58,314 nt of DNA from a virus. Position 1 is the stretch's first letter. The number at the start of each line of letters is the position of its first letter. The notes under the pieces are model-generated. The model searched no databases. It was given only the letters and a program-made list of their open reading frames with translations, and was not told where the DNA came from. Position numbers and translations under genes: made by a program. The stretch is from IMG/VR virus record IMGVR_UViG_3300017694_000094, positions 1-58,314 of that record. One strand, written 5' to 3'. Positions 55,217 through 58,314 of the stretch are shown one piece after another.

Positions 55217-55536
55217 CACCGCACCAACGGGTTGATGATGCGCCAGCCGGGTGCGGGCAGGACATTGACCACGTACACGTCGACGCCCTGGAACGTCCAC
55301 GGACCTTGGTGAGCGAAGAACGACTTCCCGACCGACTGCCCGGTGTATTGCAGCCAGCGCGCAAACTCCGGTTCCAGATCGCGCTCGATCTCAATGCGCA
55401 GCATCCGCTCGACCTCCGAGCCTTTGAACGCCAACGTGAGCGCTTGGATCTCGGATGCTCCCGGCGGTTGCGGGACGAACGTCCGGTGCAACGCGCGCCG
55501 CTGCTCGTTCAGCGCCTTTGCGATCACGTCCATCAT
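55216..55536 (-). CDS. hypothetical protein (106 aa)
   Basis: ORF track. Confidence 0.55.
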   Translation of the reverse strand: MMDVIAKALNEQRRALHRTFVPQPPGASEIQALTLAFKGSEVERMLRIEIERDLEPEFARWLQYTGQSVGKSFFAHQGPWTFQGVDVYVVNVLPAPGWRIINPLVR

Positions 55537-55859
55537 GATGCTGGCTCCTTCCGCTTTGCAGTCGTGCGGGTTGGCTCTTCGACGCCTACGTCGACGATCT
55601 TGCGGAAGCAGCCTGCGCCAAACCCATAATCATCGGAGCGGCGGACGCCGACCAAATAGAGCGCCAACCCCACTTGGCCGTGATAATTTTCGCCAACGAA
55701 CACGTCGGACACGAAGTTGCGCTCGCCCTTGCGGGGGCCGCCACCGACCCGCCAGCCGCTATCCTCGATGCACTCGGCCAGATCGCCGACGCGCCATGTA
55801 TCCATCGGTTCGCGCATCGAACGCGGCGCGGGCTTAGCCTTGCGGCGGAACGGCCACAT
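55533..55859 (-). CDS. hypothetical protein (108 aa)
   Basis: ORF track. Confidence 0.55.
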   Translation of the reverse strand: MWPFRRKAKPAPRSMREPMDTWRVGDLAECIEDSGWRVGGGPRKGERNFVSDVFVGENYHGQVGLALYLVGVRRSDDYGFGAGCFRKIVDVGVEEPTRTTAKRKEPAS

Positions 55860-56158
55860 TACGCGGACACCTTTCCGGAGTCCTGAAGCAGTGCTTCAGC
55901 AGTCAAAGCCGCCTTGACACGCTCGACCGCGGCATCATCGACGACGAACATCTTGGCGCGGCCCATCGCCCCGAACGACACGCCGAGTTCGTGCCAGCGC
56001 GCGACCTGCAAGTCGTCCAGCGCTTCGTCCCATGTCCGAACCTGCTCGCGCTGCCCCGGCGTGGCATTCAGCCGCATGACGCCAATCAGGCTCTGGGTGA
56101 TTTCGTGATAGCGCTCCAGATACGCCAGCCGCCTCGCGGCCCTGTGTGCCTCGCTCAT
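55859..56158 (-). CDS. hypothetical protein (99 aa, start MSEAHRAARR)
   Basis: ATGA-coupled start at 56158. Confidence 0.5.
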   Translation of the reverse strand: MSEAHRAARRLAYLERYHEITQSLIGVMRLNATPGQREQVRTWDEALDDLQVARWHELGVSFGAMGRAKMFVVDDAAVERVKAALTAEALLQDSGKVSA

Positions 56159-56325
56159 GCCTTCCTCCTTGCGTCGACGTGCAGGCAGTCCCTGCACGTC
56201 ACTTTCTCCAGCCGGGTGTGAACCGGCCGGCGCAGCTTGCCCGCATCGCGCGCCTCGCCGCACAGCGTCTTCGTAGGGCGCTGGTCGTTCGCGAGGTGGA
56301 CGGTGCGGCTGACGGTCGTTTCCAT
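56155..56325 (-). CDS. small protein (56 aa, start METTVSRT)
   Basis: In-frame ATG at 56325, 1 nt after the upstream stop. The rest of the track ORF is a shadow. Confidence 0.4.
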   Translation of the reverse strand: METTVSRTVHLANDQRPTKTLCGEARDAGKLRRPVHTRLEKVTCRDCLHVDARRKA

Positions 56326-56326
56326 G

Positions 56327-56629
56327 TCAGTCGTCGATGCCGTCGATCGGGTGCGCGTGGTCCAGGCTAACCGACAGCTTGCACTTGCGGCAGGTGCCCG
56401 CGTAATCGATCTTGATCGCGCCCTCGGTCGCGCCGTGGATCTCGTAATCCTCGCGGAAGTCGGTCGGCGTGTACGCGAACCCGGCCTCGCGCGCCTTGGT
56501 GTCGAGCGCCATCCATTCATCGCGCTGCATGTTGCCATAAGCGGCGTCGGCCTCGGCGCGCAGGCGCGTGGCGTCCGCTTCGTGGCGGCGCTTGCAGCGC
56601 GGGCATATCGTCCAGTTACTTGCGGACAT
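56327..56629 (-). CDS. zinc-ribbon-like protein (CPRC...CRKC), 100 aa
   Basis: ORF track. Two CxxC pairs. Confidence 0.55.
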   Translation of the reverse strand: MSASNWTICPRCKRRHEADATRLRAEADAAYGNMQRDEWMALDTKAREAGFAYTPTDFREDYEIHGATEGAIKIDYAGTCRKCKLSVSLDHAHPIDGIDD

Positions 56630-56639
56630 CAGTCGTTCC

Positions 56640-56843
56640 TCAATTCGAGTGACGGACAGCGATGGTGAAGAAGGCGATGATCGCCGATCCCACCGCCCAG
56701 CAGGTTACCGCGGACTCGCGCACGCTGCGCGGCAGGTCCGGGTCGACAAACATGGCGGCCAGCGCGGACAAGATCCCCATCGCGAGCGTCGTCAAAAAGA
56801 TCACGACGACGGTTCCAGGCCAAGGGGTGTCTAAGTCGAACAT
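56640..56843 (-). CDS. small 2-TM membrane protein (67 aa)
   Basis: ATG 56843 lies behind GAAGGAAGG. VVVIFLTTLAMGILSALAAMF and CWAVGSAIIAFFTIAV. Confidence 0.5.
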   Translation of the reverse strand: MFDLDTPWPGTVVVIFLTTLAMGILSALAAMFVDPDLPRSVRESAVTCWAVGSAIIAFFTIAVRHSN

Positions 56844-56889
56844 CGGGGTGCCTTCCTTCAACCCTGTCTGCGCCGATCGCGGTTTTGGG

Positions 56890-57339
56890 TCAAGGCTTCC
56901 CCTCCCCGCCAAGAGGTTCAGCGGGGAGGGCGAATAAAGACGCTCCACCGTTGGACGACTCCAACGCCATGCGCTGACCGTTCCTCCCCCGGTACATCTT
57001 CACTTCGACCGCGCCCATTGGCCCCAATTCAGCGTTCAGGACGTGCCTCCCGGTTTGCTCCGCGCCTATCGCTTTAAGGACATCCTGACAGTCGCCCATG
57101 TGCGCCACGGCCACCTTCCCCGCCGCCTCGCGCATATCGCGCCGCCCGGCTTCGTAAGCCAAGAGGCGGTGACGGGCGAAGGCTTGGACTTCGGGGCTGT
57201 CGTCTGCTGGCGACATGACATCGATATTGATGCCTACGCGACGAAGCTGACCGGCAATCACATGACGCATCGCCAGCGCTGCGAGACGATCCTCCTGCGT
57301 GACCACCACGTCCTCCTGCGGCTTCTGGTGCGGGTTCAT
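56890..57339 (-). CDS. hypothetical protein (149 aa, start MNPHQKPQ)
   Basis: ATGA-coupled start at 57339. Confidence 0.55.
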   Translation of the reverse strand: MNPHQKPQEDVVVTQEDRLAALAMRHVIAGQLRRVGINIDVMSPADDSPEVQAFARHRLLAYEAGRRDMREAAGKVAVAHMGDCQDVLKAIGAEQTGRHVLNAELGPMGAVEVKMYRGRNGQRMALESSNGGASLFALPAEPLGGEGKP

Positions 57340-57722
57340 GGGCGGGGTTCCTGATTGGCGATTTCCAGCAGCACGTCGGCGTGGCAGGGGCCGTCGAGAG
57401 GGCACCAGCACGCTAGGTTCTTGCCGCGCAGATCGGCGGCACGCCTCCGGAGCATAGCCCCTTCCTCGTTGGTCAGCCGGCGTCGGAATAGGTCGACGCT
57501 GGCGGCGACCGCCTCTCGCCTTGTTGGATAGTAGCCGGAGGGAGGGCCAGCTAGCTTACCGTCTGTGCACAGGAAGACCTCCCATGTGCCGTCGCTGCGG
57601 CGGAACCCGTCAACCTTATACGGATTGCCGTGAACGGTTGTCCGGTCCACTTTCACGGTGTTCTCCGGCATCCGCCAGCCCTTCTTGCGCGATAGCTGCA
57701 CGCGTACAGGCCCGCTCATCAC
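57336..57722 (-). CDS. DUF4326-domain protein
   Basis: HGNPYKV...RREAVAASVDLFRRRL...LRGKNLACWCPLDGPCHADVLLEIAN matches DUF4326. Confidence 0.65.
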   Translation of the reverse strand: MMSGPVRVQLSRKKGWRMPENTVKVDRTTVHGNPYKVDGFRRSDGTWEVFLCTDGKLAGPPSGYYPTRREAVAASVDLFRRRLTNEEGAMLRRRAADLRGKNLACWCPLDGPCHADVLLEIANQEPRP

Positions 57723-58231
57723 TCGCCTCCGTTCTGAAGGGCGGCGTCCACGATAGCGTCAACCGCTTCGACATGGCTGGCGTAGGGGTCGTAGGCACCG
57801 TCGCCGCTCGCAACATACCGGGCAGCTTGCTTGGCGGCAGTTAAGGCGGCTCTGAGCCGCTCTGCTTCTAGCGGTTGACCTGCGGGCGGATTGGCTGATT
57901 GCGAAGTCACCCAAGATCGATAATGCCACCAGTCGCGCCAGCCGTCGTCAACCGATCCACGAGACATCGCATCAACGGAAGATTGCACCCATCCGGCACG
58001 GTAAGCCGCTTCGGCTTCTTCCTCCACCGCCCCGCGCTCGGTCGGGCGTGCGGTAGAGGCGGCGAGCATGGCGGACCAACAACGGATCGCGTCCAATGCT
58101 GCCTCATGCTCCCAACCGGGTACGGCGTTGTACGCTTTGGCTCCTGCCTCGATCATTTCTTCGGTCGGCTCGACAGGAACGATCGCCCTCGCCTCCGGGC
58201 TTTCGGCTGGCTGTGCGGGTTCAGGCGTCAT
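57719..58231 (-). CDS. hypothetical protein (170 aa); start lies in terminal repeat
   Basis: ORF track. Follows 30..407 across the circular junction. Confidence 0.6.
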   Translation of the reverse strand: MTPEPAQPAESPEARAIVPVEPTEEMIEAGAKAYNAVPGWEHEAALDAIRCWSAMLAASTARPTERGAVEEEAEAAYRAGWVQSSVDAMSRGSVDDGWRDWWHYRSWVTSQSANPPAGQPLEAERLRAALTAAKQAARYVASGDGAYDPYASHVEAVDAIVDAALQNGGE

Positions 58232-58314
58232 GGGGTTGGTCCTTGGTGGAGGCGGCGAGGGCGCGGGCGCGGAGGGCGGCTGCGGTGAGAGCGAGCGCGG
58301 GGGTGGCTGCTTCA
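58192..58314. repeat. terminal direct repeat copy 2
   Basis: Identical to 1-123. Genes 30..407 and 57719..58231 abut across this junction. Confidence 0.95.

Overview
The window is a closed phage genome. Bases 1-123 are identical to 58192-58314, which gives a circular or circularly permuted unit of 58,191 bp. It is visibly GC-rich, with third codon positions mostly G/C, so long antisense and off-frame shadow ORFs are common and I discarded them. All product calls come from motifs I read in the translations; I ran no database search or HMM.

Architecture:
- One divergent control region (7437-7546) sits next to an XRE-type HTH gene.
- It drives a short rightward operon (7547-12035) encoding an ERF recombinase, two His-Me/HNH-like proteins and small ORFs.
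- It also drives a very long leftward unit that runs 7436 -> 30, crosses the circular junction, and continues 58231 -> 12053.
- The two units converge on a perfect 12-bp hairpin at 12040-12071.

The leftward unit contains, in order:
- Early and replication-type genes: DUF2303-like, RusA, DUF1376-like, an HExxH peptidase, and a GNAT-fold Mom-like candidate.
- About 25 small ORFs chained by ATGA/GTGA/TGATG overlaps: DUF4326, a Dam-type methylase, a TM-anchored SNase, and an Rmf/CrpP-like peptide.
- terS and a split terL.
- A podovirus-like structural block: portal, scaffold, N4-gp56-type capsid, tail proteins and a repeat-rich tail fibre.
- A GH19 endolysin lysis cassette.
- A block of presumptive internal/ejection proteins.

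I saw no integrase, partition gene, DNA polymerase or RNA polymerase.

Most notable observations:
1. A 13,638-nt ORF (4,545 codons, about 23% of the genome) ends the ejection-protein block. It fuses SLT transglycosylase, N6-adenine methylase, SNF2 helicase, HExxH and membrane-segment modules.
2. Inside that ORF there are two short stretches where the codon-position signal moves to another frame. One of them encodes a well-formed roughly 100-aa helical domain.
3. terL is split exactly at the ATPase/nuclease linker by 4.3 kb. The intervening DNA carries two signal-peptide proteins, a beta-helix protein translationally coupled to the nuclease half, and a tRNA-Leu-derived element that lacks an anticodon arm.
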